A DNA stretch of 64,000 nt from Vicugna vicugna. Its lineage: Eukaryota. Positions 13,534 through 26,379 of this stretch are shown here, one piece after another; position 1 is the stretch's first letter, and each line of letters begins with the position of its first letter. Location: the NCBI GenBank assembly GCA_013265495.1, contig MU057576.1, positions 158,982 through 222,981 of the forward strand. The letters run 5' to 3'. The position numbers and the translations under genes are program-made. A model generated the notes under the pieces. It had not been told where the DNA came from. It ran no database searches and saw only the letters and a program-made list of their open reading frames with translations.

Positions 13534-14667
13534 TCCCTACATCCAGACTCTGACAGCTTCTCACCTCTGGCACTGCTTCTTGCCTGGTCTATCGTCTCTC
13601 ACCTAATTTACTGCAATAGCCTCATACCTGATTCTTCTGTGTCTGCTTATTCTTTACATAGCTGCAAATGAGCTCTTTTTACAAACATAACTCAGATCTT
13701 GGCATTACTTTGCTCAAAACCATTTCCAATGCCTTCTCACTTCACTCAGAGCAGGTTCTAAAACCTTACAATGGTTTGTAAGGACTTTTTTATTTACATT
13801 TTCATTCTATTTTTATTCCATATTTATAAACATGACTTGACCTCATTTCAAAGTGAAAAGAAGGATCATGATTTGTCTCAAGAGAGAAAACTTGCTAAAA
13901 GGTGTACTTGAGAATTCAGAATTCGGTACTTTGCTTAGTGGTCCATAAAATAAAAAAGAAATTAATTTAGAGATTATGCGTTACCATTTGAGCTGAATTC
14001 AGAATGAAGATCATATTTCATAATTGAGTGCCTGATGCAGACAATGGCGTTTTATACATTGTATCTAGTTAGTATTATGCTATGGAGACGCTGCATTATA
14101 GAGCTCAATACCGTTGTAAAATTTCTGTCTATCAAGAACTTTTATAATTCAGTCTTTAGATTCATGAAGATAAAAGGAATATGCTTGTACAAAACCTTTC
14201 CATCTTCCTTTTCATAAAGTAGCTTTCTCATGTACTTTATAAAATATCTAATGTTTTCATGTATCAAATGGCATTTGTGATATTTATTTTAAATATAGGG
14301 AAAAGGGACTACACTTAATTGACAAGATTAAATGATAAAATATCCCGATTTTAATAATCTTTTTGAAGAATATTCTTAATGTCAAATGTTATGCTTTTGT
14401 TTTCTTAGACAGACTACGTCAATAATAATCTCATTTCTCTTGATAGTTTACAATTTTCATTACTGAGTAGCACATTTTCCACCCTAATTTAGTATAAAGT
14501 GAATTCAGAGGCTAGTGGGCTGTAGAAAGTTGAGCTCCTTGCCACCCCTCCCTCACAGCATCGTAGAGCCCCTTGCTTTGTTGTGTCCATGTGCCTGAGT
14601 TTTTTACTTTGTTTTTCACCCTTCTATTTTGCTATTGGGCTGTTAGCCGTCCTTCATACATTCTTTC

Positions 14668-14910
14668 CTTTTTTTTTAAATTGAGGTATAGTCAGTTACA
14701 ATGTGTCGATTTCTGCTGTACAGCATAATGTCCCTGTCATGCATGTATATACATATATTTATTTTCTTATTCTTTTTCATTAAAGGCTATTACAAGATAT
14801 TGAATATAGTTCCCTGTGCTATACAGAAATTTGTTTTTTATCTATTTTTATAGATAGTAGTTAAAATTTGCAAATCTCAAACTCCCAAATTTATCCCTTC
14901 CTACCCTCCC
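14668..14910 (-). mobile_element. L1 3' fragment
   Basis: Reverse complement of the L1 3' UTR, with a poly(T) left end. Confidence 0.85.
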
Positions 14911-15449
14911 TCATTCTTTCTTGTTTCCATTTATCTAATTTTTTAAAATCGTGCTGAGAGAAAGGAGATAACCTTCAGACACAGCACCCGTCTGTAACAA
15001 AGCTCGACTTGGGCAAGTCACTTCTTTAATTTGCAGGGGCAAGGTTGGGGCGTAGGTAGTTGAGAGGACTAAAGAATGGCTTATGACATGTGAAAAGCAC
15101 CTGGCTTCCAACAATACCCAGCTGCAGTTGTATTGACTGTCCAAAGGCTTTCCTCATCAGTGACAGCCATCCTCCTGGATGAATGAAATTACTTGCCAAA
15201 TATTTAAAAATATTGTTGCGTTTTGATTTTATATAACCAAGAATGATACAAGCGAAGAGTCTCACAGCCCCTCACTCAAGGCAGTGAATAATGACTGTTG
15301 TGCATGCTCAGTTATCCCATAAGGAGAGGCATGGGCCTGGGACATTGTGCTGTATACCAGAAATTGACACATTGTAACTGACTATACTTCAATTTTTTTA
15401 AAAAAAGAGGCATGGGATAGAAAGATGATTTCATGAGCTATTATATATA

Positions 15450-15598
15450 TATAAAAATATTAAAAATATAACATATTTTTTTTAGAGGGGAGAGGTAATT
15501 AGGTTTATTTATTTATTTCTTAATGGAGGTACTGGAGATTGAACCTAGGACCTCGTGCATGCTAAGCAGAAACTCAACCGCTGAGCTATACCCTCCCC
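15450..15598 (-). mobile_element. Vic-1-type tRNA-derived SINE
   Basis: tRNA A/B boxes; TSD gagctatt(a/t). Confidence 0.85.
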
Positions 15599-17233
15599 GG
15601 TCCCCCCACCCCGAGCTATTAAATATGATCACAACTATCACAGAGCCGAGTGGTTCAAGATATGAGACTATGAGCTGCTAAATCAAATTTTATCTGTGAG
15701 CACTGCACATCCCCTGAAGATTCTCTAACCCGTGATGACTACTTTTGAAGATAGCTTATGCCCAAGTCAATCTTTTTCTTTTTTTTCAAAAATTTTAATT
15801 TGTTTAACTGCATATTTTTTTCTCATTTGTCTTTTGAGCCCCTTCAAAGCTTAACGTGACCTGACCTCCATCTACTTTCTCACCTCATCTCCTCCCACTC
15901 TCCCCTTCGCACCCTCTGCGCAGACACACTGGCCTCCTGGTGCTCCTCGATGGCGCCTGCTGTTTCCTCTGCCTGGAAAGTCTTCCCCCAACATGTACAC
16001 CTGACTCTCCCTTTATCTGCAAGGGATTTCTTCTCCCCTTTGTATAAAACAGCCACACTGCCCCACACCTTCATCCGCGACTCTCTTACCTTGCTGGTTT
16101 TGTCTTTAGAGAGCCAACCATATGTGACACAATACATGTTAGGCATCAAGTCTGCACTACAAGGGTACAAGGCAAGGGTTTATCTATTTTGCTCACTGTC
16201 ATATCCCTAGCGTCAAAAACAACGGTCCTAGCAGTAGTTCAACCAATATTTCTTGAGCGACTGAATGAGTGAGTGAGCTGAGGTGAGAGAGCAGGGAACA
16301 TTTAGAGACGAGATTGGGCATCTGAGGTAATTTGCTGGTTGTGGAGTTCCGGGGGGCCCAGAGGAAGGGCTGAGAGGAGGAATGGTGATTAGATCAGAGG
16401 AAGGCAGTGCTGGGCCGAGGTTCCTGGGGCTGGAGAAGAGAGAAGGCCCCCAGGGAAGGGATGCTTGCACACCGTCTGATGGAATCAGAGTTGTCATGTC
16501 ACATGTGCTTTCCCACCGGCCCTCTGCAGGGTGGGTGCTGGAGCTAATGAACAAGATTTGGCTCCACCTACTTGGGGTGCTCTCTGCCCAGCGATGGTGA
16601 ACTTGTGCAGTGAGGGGCCTGGAGGCCTCTCCTTTAGTTTTTGACAGAGGCGGTGCTGATCACAGACCTCAATGTACCCAGTGATGTGCTGTCGATGGCA
16701 AAATTACATAGCCCTCCTGGTTCCACACTCTGATTTAATGTCCCTTCTTAGCCTTCTACAAAGGTATCCTTCATCCAATTTACAGATGATTTATAATCAG
16801 GATTTAGCACTGAAACATGAGAAAAAAATGTATTCTGGAGAGCCAGAAAAGAAAATAATATAAAGACAAAAGAAACAGTGTGAACAGGAGAAAAATCAGC
16901 ACACTAGGACTTCCATTAACACAAGAGAAGAGAGAACCTGGAAGTGTCTGAATTCAAAACGAAGCTAGGCAGGGCCCCAAGCAACCCGGTGAGAAGTGAG
17001 GCTACCCAGATGCTCACTTCAGAGAGCACACTTCTTCAGAGCCAGTCTGCTCTCTGCTCCATAGCACTTAGGTGGGAAATCTAAATTACTGATGCACAAT
17101 AAACCTAACTGACTATTGAGTTACTAGACTATTGGTTTATAGACTGCGCAGGGTGAACCGCCTGCCTTGGGAAGTCTGGCCATCTCTTTAAGACATGCAG
17201 CTCTCTCTAGTGGTAGACTGGTGCTTTTGAAGG

Positions 17234-17832
17234 TGTTGCCATGATTAGGTTTCTTGTCTCCTCACAGAAAGAATTCAGAGATGAGAGTCTGAGAAGGTAA
17301 AGCAAGGATTTATTAAGGGATGGATAGCACACTCTCAAGGGGAGGGCAGGCAGACTCAGGTGAGCAGCTGCCCTGAGTTTCTTTGGCAAGTTGGTTACAT
17401 AGGGTGTAAAAATGAATGGGCAGAACATTCACTGGGGAGGGAAGGGTCTGGGGTCAGAGTCCCTGATTTTCATCCCAACTCCACCTTCCTGAAGGAAGGA
17501 GGGATTTTTGTCCTTATTTAGTCTGGATCAGAAGGCTCATGGCATCAGTGCATGACAGGTACTTCTACTCTGCAAGATTCATTTGATTGTAACGAGGGCA
17601 CAATGAGCAAAAAGTTACATTCAGACTCTGGAAATTCCTGCCTTTTCTCGCCTTTCTTTGTCGGCCCCCAGGCCACTTGTCGCCCAAAATGTGTGACCGC
17701 ATGTCAGCCCAGAGGTTCCTACTTTCCCTTCTCTGTCCAGGAGACACTGTTGTTTACATAAGGTGTGGTTTCCCACATTTTGCCTGTGTCCCCCTTTCTC
17801 TGCTCATATCTAGCTGTCTGTCTGCTCTAACA
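17234..17832 (-). mobile_element. ERV solo LTR
   Basis: TG...CA termini; homologous (inverted) to 18449-19039. Confidence 0.85.
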
Positions 17833-18054
17833 AGGGCACCAGTACAGGATGGTCTATGCAAGATGGGAACCCAGAGGTGCTAGGGTTGATGGCAGAGTAA
17901 GGTCAGGGTGCACCGTGCCCTGAACACACATGCCAGACAAAGTCCCCTGCCCCTTCTCCCTACACCTCATCACTCTCACCTGGAGGGGACAAGCCTTCTT
18001 AGCAACTCCTTCCTCCCTCTTCCCTTTCCTTTTCCCTCCTTTGGAACATTGTCT

Positions 18055-19215
18055 ACAGTGTAGGAAACAAAGGGAAACATATGATTTTAAACTATTCTGC
18101 TTGTTTTGGGGGAATCTAAATGAAAAGTATCCATCCGGTGCTGTGTGGTCAGCCGACTCAAGGTGACTGTTCTCTTGCTCTCTGTACCTCCCCTGCTGGA
18201 CCAGTGCCTGCTTCACCTACACCTGTTTGGGACTGACCTTCCAACATAATTACCCCAGGTCCCAGCTAGTGATTCTTCTTATCAAAGGGGTGGGTGACGG
18301 GTGTGCCCTTCTGATGGTTTCCCTGGTAACTGATAAGCCAACCTGATGTCAATCCCTACTATGACTTCCAACCTCCCCCTGCCCCTGGGAGCAAAGGCTG
18401 CTGCCAGGTCCTGCCCACTACCCACTGCACACAGTGGGAGAGTTGCTCCATTACAGCAGGCAGGTAGCTAGACATGAGCAGAGAAAGGGGGTGCAGGCCA
18501 AATGCAGGAAATCATACATCATGTAAACCACAGGGGCCCTGGGCAGAGAAGGAAAAGTAGGAACCTCTAGGCTGATATGTGGCCACACGTTTTGAGGTGA
18601 CAAGCGGCCTGGGGGCCAACAAAGAAAGGTGGGAAAAGGCAGGAATTTCCAGTGTCCAAATGTAACTTTTTGCTTATTATGGCTTCATTTCAATCTAATT
18701 AGCCTTGAAGATTAGAAGTATCCATCATGATCCTTCTGATCCAGACTAAATAGGGACAAAAATCCCTTCTTCCTTCAGGAAGGTGGAGTTGGGATGAAAA
18801 TCAGGGACTCTGACCCCAGACCCTTCCCTCCCCAGTGAATGTTCTGCCCATTCATTTTTACACCCTATGTAACCAACTTGCCAAAGAAACTTAGGGTAGC
18901 TGCTCACCTGAGTCCGCCCACTCTCCCCTTGAGAGTGCTCTATCCATCCCTTAATAAATCCTCACTTTACTTTCTTAACCTCCATGTCCCATCTCTGAAT
19001 TCTTTCTGCAATGGGAAAAGGACCTAGTCACCAGCAACAGCTTCAGGACCTTGCTTCAGACTTGTAAGACACCCCCTCCCCCGACTACCCATTAAACCAT
19101 TGATTTCTCTGCCACTGACTCCAGGCTTTTTCTTAGGTCTTGAAGCTGAGTGACTACTGGAGGCTGGAGCAGCCTCCAGTCTTCAAAGTGAATCAGAGAC
19201 TCAAAGACAAGTTTG
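18055..19215 (+). mobile_element. Older ERVL-type LTR (MER73/74-like) split by a nested LTR
   Basis: Host sequence is continuous across the insertion (ttgctc | gcttcaggaccttgcttcag); ATTAAA at 19091. Confidence 0.55.
18449..19039 (+). mobile_element. ERV solo LTR nested in the older LTR
   Basis: Ends ...cagcaaca; TSD gctc/gctt; AATAAA at ~18953. Confidence 0.85.
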
Positions 19216-19968
19216 GGGACAGGGATAATCAAGACACGAACACGGGGATGGTTCTTGCATAGGATGCAGTTCCCATGTGCAATCACACAGGGTGCCCCTT
19301 AGGCAGAGCTCCTGGCAGCCCAGGGATGGGATGCCAGTGCCATCTCCTTAGCAGGGTCTGGGGAGTGTCTGGTGTCAGGTGGGATGGATACCTGGGCAGA
19401 GGCCACAGCAGGCTCTGGGGAGCAGGGGATCTTCAACAGGCCACGTGGGCTCAGAAAACAGGAGGACCACAATGTGCTGAAGACTGGAGGCCTTTTCTCA
19501 GGAGCCACTGGACTGTACCACTTCCAGAGACTCCCACTCCATCCTGGGACATAACGCCCAGTGTTGGACATCTCGTTCTCCCTGATGAGGGGAGGCTCAG
19601 AGCTAATATCGGTACTGTGACATTTCTTGCATCCAAATGTTGCGAAGCAAATTCATACTTGTTTCATGCATAATGTACATAAATTGAATAGGACACAAGT
19701 TCAAATGCCATTTTCGCAATGTTTTCACTCTGTGGAGCATAAGGAAATTGCCTTACAGCAACATTCAGGGCTAGAAAGTTGCCAAGGAAAGCATCGCTTG
19801 GTCCTGCTTGAGCCGGCCCAGACAGAAGACAGAGCTGGTACCCTGGGGCAACTCCGGCACCTGAGATAAGGATATTTCTGGCATGACTGAGTAAACTAAA
19901 AATGGAAGCTTAGAAGCCCACTGGTACCCCCTTCCCAGTCCCCAAGGTCAGCAGGCTGCCATACTATC

Positions 19969-20627
19969 TGAGGCAGGAGGGAAAGGGGCAGGGCACAGCC
20001 ATTCAAGGAATGACAGCAATTAACAACAAAATGGTGGAAGATTCAACTCCCAGTTGGCTTTGAGGATTAAGATGGCGGGAGGTTTGACTTCTAGTAGACC
20101 TTGAGCTTCATTATGTGCTCACTGTAATATATTAGTATGATAAATGACATGCCCGCAGGTGCCATGAGAGTCCCAAGGCTAACCACAAAAGGTCAAAGAG
20201 TGGGCGGTGGCCCAGTTCCTGGGAATCCCAGCCCCTTCCGCAGGGTAGTTGGAATGATCCTCCCACTTGTAGGCATGTGAAGCTACTGAGCGCATAAAAA
20301 CGGGCAGCACCATGCCTCGCGGCTGCTCTCCTTTCTGAATCAGATGGACCACACTCTATGTGGTCTGTGGCGTGTGTACCTACTTTTACTTTAAGCACCC
20401 AACCCCCACACCTCGTGGCCTTTCTCTGGCCTTCTAAAAGGGCCTGCACTCTGTCTATGGAGTATGCATCTCTATAAATAAGTCTGCCTTTACTCAACAG
20501 TGGCTGGCTCTTGAATTCTTTCCTATGTGAAGCCAAGGACCCACACTTGGCGGGGTGCGCCCCAGGGACTCAACTGAGACCTGGGGCACAGCCACCCTCT
20601 CGCCCCACATTCATTTTTCCTGTATCA
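19969..20627 (+). mobile_element. ERV1 solo LTR
   Basis: TG...CA termini; colinear with 55604-56261. Confidence 0.85.
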
Positions 20628-21096
20628 GGACCACGGGTAGGAAAACAGAGTGCATGCACACAAGGATATTTATGCATTAACTAGAAGTAATGAATCAGAT
20701 GTGCATAATGGCACCATTCATGAGTCTTTTTTTAAAAAACCAAAAAGTGACTTTTAGCCAGTAGCATTTTGTAAATTAAAAAAAGCATACACACGAAACA
20801 GTGTATGCTTCACAAAGACGTACAAATAATTTGCACATCAGCACGATAAGATGGTTGCCTCTTGTTGAGTGGAGAATGGGAAAGAGGATAAAAGGCAACA
20901 CGAATATTAAAAACCAAGAGAAGTCCTTGCAAAGACTAGAAAATGCCCTGAATTGAGGAGGAGTGTGTGTAATCTAGTCTTCTGCCCCTGAGGCCCAAAC
21001 CACAGAAAACAAAGCAACGACAAAGGAAGTGAAAGGTGAGACAGGGTGACAGAGGCTGGAAAATCTATTTCCAAGCTGGAAGCAACCTGGGTGCAC

Positions 21097-21549
21097 ATCA
21101 CTGAAGGCAAGTTCACGTGCCCGCCGCACCGTGAGGCCAAACCGAAACATGAGCTTGGAGCTGAAAAAAGGTTTATTGCAGGACGAGGGGGCTTATGCCC
21201 AAGAAAACCCCAAACTCCTCGAAGGGTTCAGCAAAGTATATTAAAGGCCAAGTAAGGGGGTGGGGTCACAGGTTACAGGGTCAGCTCCTGCACAGTTCTG
21301 ACTGGTTGATGTTGAAGTAACAGGGTGGTCAGCACCATCAACCCCTACGCACCAGCAGGTCTGGGGGCCGCATGCGCCCAGCCATCAGGTAATTCATTTC
21401 TTCCCTCTGGTGGTGGTTTTAAGCATCTGAAAAACTCAGGAAATACACATGAGGTACAATTATCAGGGTACTTCAGGGAGGAGCTAAAGCAAAGGATATG
21501 GGGGCGGGGTCTGACCCCGGAAGGCCCCACAGGGTCGTGCTGAGTCACA
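21097..21549 (-). mobile_element. ERV1 solo LTR
   Basis: tttatt near the left end; LTR-like termini. Confidence 0.6.
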
Positions 21550-22460
21550 TGCAGACTGCCCACTTGTTTGGAGGGAACAGATTGCCCCGTGGTGAGGAGC
21601 CCCACGGAAGAGCTGGGAGTTGGGCAGGGTCAGCCCGAGGGAAACCTGTGAGCACGGGCATCCTAAACACTTTCAGGGCCTCCGAGAGCAGGAAACCGTT
21701 TTAAAGTCTACAGTGAAAAAACTCCCTTCTGAGTATCTTGTCCAGTATTTAGTCTATGTGGACTTAAGGGTCTACATCCCCTGGGAGCTCAGTGGGAAGA
21801 GAGGAAAGCAGCTCTTTCCCAAGGCTTTGTGATGGTGTTATCGAGTCCAAACTCGTTCTGCGACACTGTTTTACAAAAGCTGCGGAACGAGCAGGACTAA
21901 GCCCAGGAAACAGGGCACAGGGTTAAAGCCAAAGGAACAGATCGGATCTGCAGTCAGATTTGTTCTTTGCTATTACAGTGGGGCAGCAAGGCCCTAGGGA
22001 GGGCAGTGCTGCCGAAGTTGTCCTGAGCAGCCTGCTGGCCCCCCAGGGCTTAGCGAGGGTACCCGAGTCCCAGAGAAATCTGAGCGGGAGCCGCTAGAGA
22101 ATGGGCTGGGCCCCCATACTCTTCTGTAATGGGAGACACTGCAGAAAATGAGAGGGTTGGAGGCAGAAGCCAGGGTATTTCTAACCACTCCTCACCCCAG
22201 CTCTGTGGTTCCAGCTTCTGCACCTCCTCCCCGGCTTTTGGGCTCTGGCCCAGCCAGGGGGACTGAAGTGGCTTCTTTTGACGTGGCTAATCTCTGAGAT
22301 GCTTCTCCATACTGTGGGACTTCTCAGCTCTTCCGTCACCAAGAATATAACCAAGTCCCTGTGTTAAAATCTGTTTGAAATAACTAGAGATTTGTCTTCA
22401 TAACCAGACCTTGGCCTGCGATAGACAGACCCATTGTATGGAGTTTCTCTGTCCTGTTAT

Positions 22461-23253
22461 TATAAGTCAGACAGTAGCCAATACCCTTAAAGCTAAATCT
22501 TGGTCTCCAACTGGACTTTTTTTTTTGTACATCTGAATCCAACTAGATGTATTATCTGCACAAATCTCTAGAAAATTACACAAAACATGTATTTGATTAG
22601 GGATATCAAATACACACAGAACATGTATTTCCCTCCTAAATGATTGTACCATTTGCATTTCTACCAACAGTATATGAGAATGTTGCCATAATCTTGAGAG
22701 AGATGATTAAGCAGGCTTACTGACACTGGCTGATTAACAAGGGAGAGAAAGTGCCAGACTGTTAAAAAAAACAACAAAAAACACAAGTTTTTCCTCTTGT
22801 CCCACATCTGGCTCCTTGATTCCAAGGACATAGCCATACAACAAGACATTTTGTTTCCCAACTGCTGCATTAATCCCAAAGACATACCCCGGTACCCCTC
22901 TTTCCTTGTTGTCTTTTGTCCTGCCGAGTTTCTGCTTTGGGGCTGAGCCCCATGGGAGGAAAGAGCCAGTAACAGGTGATCGGCTCCAGCAGAATAAAGA
23001 TAAAGATGGCAGAGCCTTGCAGTCAGACCCCACAGGCCGATCCCGGGCCAGAGCTGTCTCAACAGGCTACCTGCTTCAGTGTTTTCTTTCTTTCTTCTTT
23101 TCCGCCTTTTTTCCCTTCTCTCTCTGAGCAATAAAGAAGCTTTTTTTTTTTTCACTTTGTTGCTCTGCCTCTATCGAGAATTCTTTCTCAATCGGCAGGC
23201 AAGGACCCACACATTTGGTGCCCTTTCCAATTTGGGGTCTTTATCTGCTAACA
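22461..23253 (+). mobile_element. ERV LTR with an internal L1M-like fragment (~22520-22690)
   Basis: caataaag...gaattctttctc...tgctaaca U5-like end. Confidence 0.5.
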
Positions 23254-23299
23254 GTCTCAGAAACAGTAAGTCAGAAAAACATGATCTAATTTATTTATT

Positions 23300-23448
23300 T
23301 TTAAAGAGGACACTTTTCGTTTGCGGGAGAGGTAATTTGGTTTGATTATTTATTTGTTTGTTTATTTATTTAGTGGAGGTACTGGGGATTGAACCCAAGA
23401 GCTCATGCATGCTAAGTGTACACTCTACCACTGAGCTATACCTCTCCC
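23300..23448 (-). mobile_element. Vic-1-type SINE
   Basis: tRNA-derived head; TSD gatctaattta. Confidence 0.85.
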
Positions 23449-24111
23449 TATGGGATCCCCCAATGGGATCTAATTTAAACGTCCTTTCCTTCACCAACTA
23501 GCAAGGCAGGATTTTGCATCCTGGCTATCGTCAGCATCCTAGTAGCCTTGATCTGTCTCTTCCCTCAGTTATTGTCAAGCAGGGCCATGTCAATGTCAGT
23601 GAGCATCACAGGGGATTTGTGAGTTTATTTCCCAGGTTTGCATTTTGCGTATTAGGGAGAGGGTTTGAAAGACTGGCAAGGAGAGGACAGAGGTGTTTTT
23701 CAGATGTTCATGTAAGGGCTTTATATTCTGAATGCGAATCACACATGCCCACAGAGACTAGCCAGAGTCCCTGAGGGTTCTGCTACATCTCAGCTGAGCT
23801 GCTTTAGCAGCAGACTGCTGGGCCACTCATGGTGCTTCAGTTTAGGGGCTTCATGCTTGAGGTTTAGGGGCTCAAAGGCGGCCTAGAAAAGTTGCTTATC
23901 TCCCACTTCCATTGGGACAGAGTTTCTGGAGTAAGAAATATCTGGAGTCAAGACGACATCTTGGCCACACGCCTATCAAGCACATACAGTCAAAATCAAG
24001 ACACTCATCAACTACTCAGATGGGCCAGAAAGTGCTAATATGCTCAAAAGATGGCTACACTTTTGAAAATGCTCATGAATCACACACTGAGTATTTTGAA
24101 AAATGTTAAAA

Positions 24112-24117
24112 TTTATT
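24112..24117 (-). terminator. HK2 poly(A) signal AATAAA
   Basis: tttatt on +; a GU-rich element (cagtgtgtgattc on -) lies ~25 nt downstream. Confidence 0.8.
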
Positions 24118-24202
24118 AATAATAGTTAACATCACACAGTTAATTCAACTAGTTCTTTACTGTACACAACAACGTCTTCACTAAACCGAGTGCTCGAAGA
24201 TT

Positions 24203-24210
24203 TGAGATGA
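24203..24210 (-). promoter_or_regulatory. miR-143-3p 8mer target site (UCAUCUCA)
   Basis: tgagatga on +; miR-143 repression of HK2 via the distal 3' UTR is established in human and mouse. Confidence 0.75.
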
Positions 24211-26234
24211 TCTGCCATTGAGCACATTTCCAGGCAAAGACTGACATGGGCAAAGCAGCATCTGCAAGGAACTGTCACCTACGTGAGAACACAAACATTC
24301 AAAATGCATTTTCCAGCATTCCTTTTTGGAAAACCAACAGCACATCTTAAATAGCAAAACACACACATACACACACACAGCTCTACCTTTTAAAAATGTA
24401 CAAGTTCATAGACGGTGCCTAATTTTCAAGTTTAAGTTCATCTCTGTTTCTTGGGCATCCCTTAGTGACACACAAATCTAGACACTGTTCTCAGGACAAG
24501 TTTGATAAATGTGCAAAAACTGGGTGCTACTGCGTTATGCAGTTCCATCTTTCGATTTTGAACCTTGTATCCTACTCAACAGGGTTACAAGGCCATTCCC
24601 TCTTTATTGCGAAGTATTCAGGTGTAATGTGTGTGCATATTTTAGGGCAGAAGTGGGCTTTCAGATTCAGAATGAACCGCGCTCTCAAAGCAGAGTAAGA
24701 AAGGTTTTAATGTCCCTCTCCCTGCCCCTCAAAGGAGTCTGAAATCCTTGTTAAAACAGCTCAGCCTAGGGAGGTCTGTGGACAACACCTCTTGCACAAC
24801 ATTTACAAAACAAATCCGAGGTGAAATTTGCTAGGAGGGCACACAAATCCAGCAGTGTTGCCCCTGCAACACTGTTTGTTGGTTTGATTGTTGAATTGTT
24901 TTGGTTTGCTAGCAACAATTGGACATTGTTTCCATGTGTTTGGTGGCTTCCTTTATCTTGTTAGGGAGGCTGAAAACACTACTAACTTCCCGAAGGATGA
25001 AGATTTCTAAGCAGAGTCTGTTTGAAACGCTTCCCGCTTCCTCTGTTAACGTCTCGGGTAATACGGCTCCAGGAAACTCTTGCCGGAGCAGCCAGGTGGT
25101 GTGGTTTCTTCAGTCCATAGCCCCAGCCTCCTTCCAAGCTGCTGACTCCGCAGGGAGAGGACGAGGTGGGGACAGCTGCTTGACCATTCACTCACCTCAA
25201 AGAGGCTTTCTTCTCTTCTGGCAAGTGAATGAGGTATTTCTAGTAACCAGTCAGTATCTTCATCTTCCACCCTTTAAACTACACTGATCTACTAATGAGG
25301 CTGAGTCTGAGATCCTGTGGATTTATATACATACCAAATTGACGTATAAATACATTACATACAACCGATCGGGTACGTACAGTGTCAGGATAAAGGAACA
25401 GATGTACTTCATGAACTAAATACATTTCAAATATAAATTAAAATGAAAATACAGTGTTTCCACTTCTGCAGGAAAAACAAAATTTTTTTTTAACAGACCC
25501 TCTGCCAAAGATCCACTGCTGATGGATGACTTGCGACCCCACGAGGAGATGTGATGACAAGCCCACTCATGGGATGCGTCAATTCCTGGCTTTGGTTTTG
25601 TTCGCTCAGACTCAGGATGCTTTAGTTCGGGAACAGCATCCACTGGTACCCACTGGGCAAATGCTTGTAGATGAGGTTGAAGAGGGGCTGCCGCATGGCT
25701 ACCCGTGGGTTTCCCCTCCCTTGCCACCTCTCCTCCCTGCAATGGTCTGCCTGTGGGAGAATCCGGCTGGAGTTGGTGGGGACCCCCCAGGTCCCTGGGA
25801 GGAGGAACAGCATCAGCCTTCTTGCTGGACGATGCTCTCCACCTGGAAATGTCACGCGCAGGCTCCAAGGTGAAGCAACCGCATCTTGTCATTAGTGTCC
25901 CCATCCGGTAGGATGATACAGCGACATGGAATTTGGCCAGGGGATTACTACTGGTCAATTTCTTTTCTTTTTTTTTCAAGTTTTAAAAGAACCAGTGGTA
26001 ATGGTTGTGAAGACTGTGAATAAATCCTAACTTCAAATTGCATTTATCTTGGGAGGGGCAATGCTTGGGCACCAAACTCTAACGGCTGAGTTGACAGAGA
26101 CAAAACTTAGTTCAGTAAGGTCCTCTCTGCCAAGGAAGAGCCAAGGGGTCCATCTCTGACACAGGGGGTGGCATCTTACAATTTAAGGCAGGAAAGAGGG
26201 GAAACCAGAGGAAGTCCTTCCAACTTCAGGGGCT

Positions 26235-26379
26235 CTACCGCTGCCCAGCCTCCCGGATGCGGCAGGCCACAGCAGTGATGAGAGCCGCCCCCTTCCCGCT
26301 GCCGTCCTCTGACTCCAGGAAGGACACGTCACACTTTGGAGCCAGGTCCTTCACCGTCTCGTGCATGACTTTGGCAAAG
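26235..26379 (-). CDS. HK2: HK2 exon 18 coding part [47 protein letters not shown]
   Basis: cag acceptor; TAG at 26235-26237. Confidence 0.96.

Larger units (their letters stand above)
24095..26234 (-). other. HK2: HK2 3' UTR (~2.1 kb)
   Basis: Repeat-poor stretch between the stop codon and the poly(A) signal; the end coordinate is approximate. Confidence 0.8.

Noticed and set aside
17207..19027. Twin ORFs MFCPFIFTPYVTNLPKKLR as a duplicated peptide gene
   Set aside because: They are the same LTR sequence read in two inverted copies
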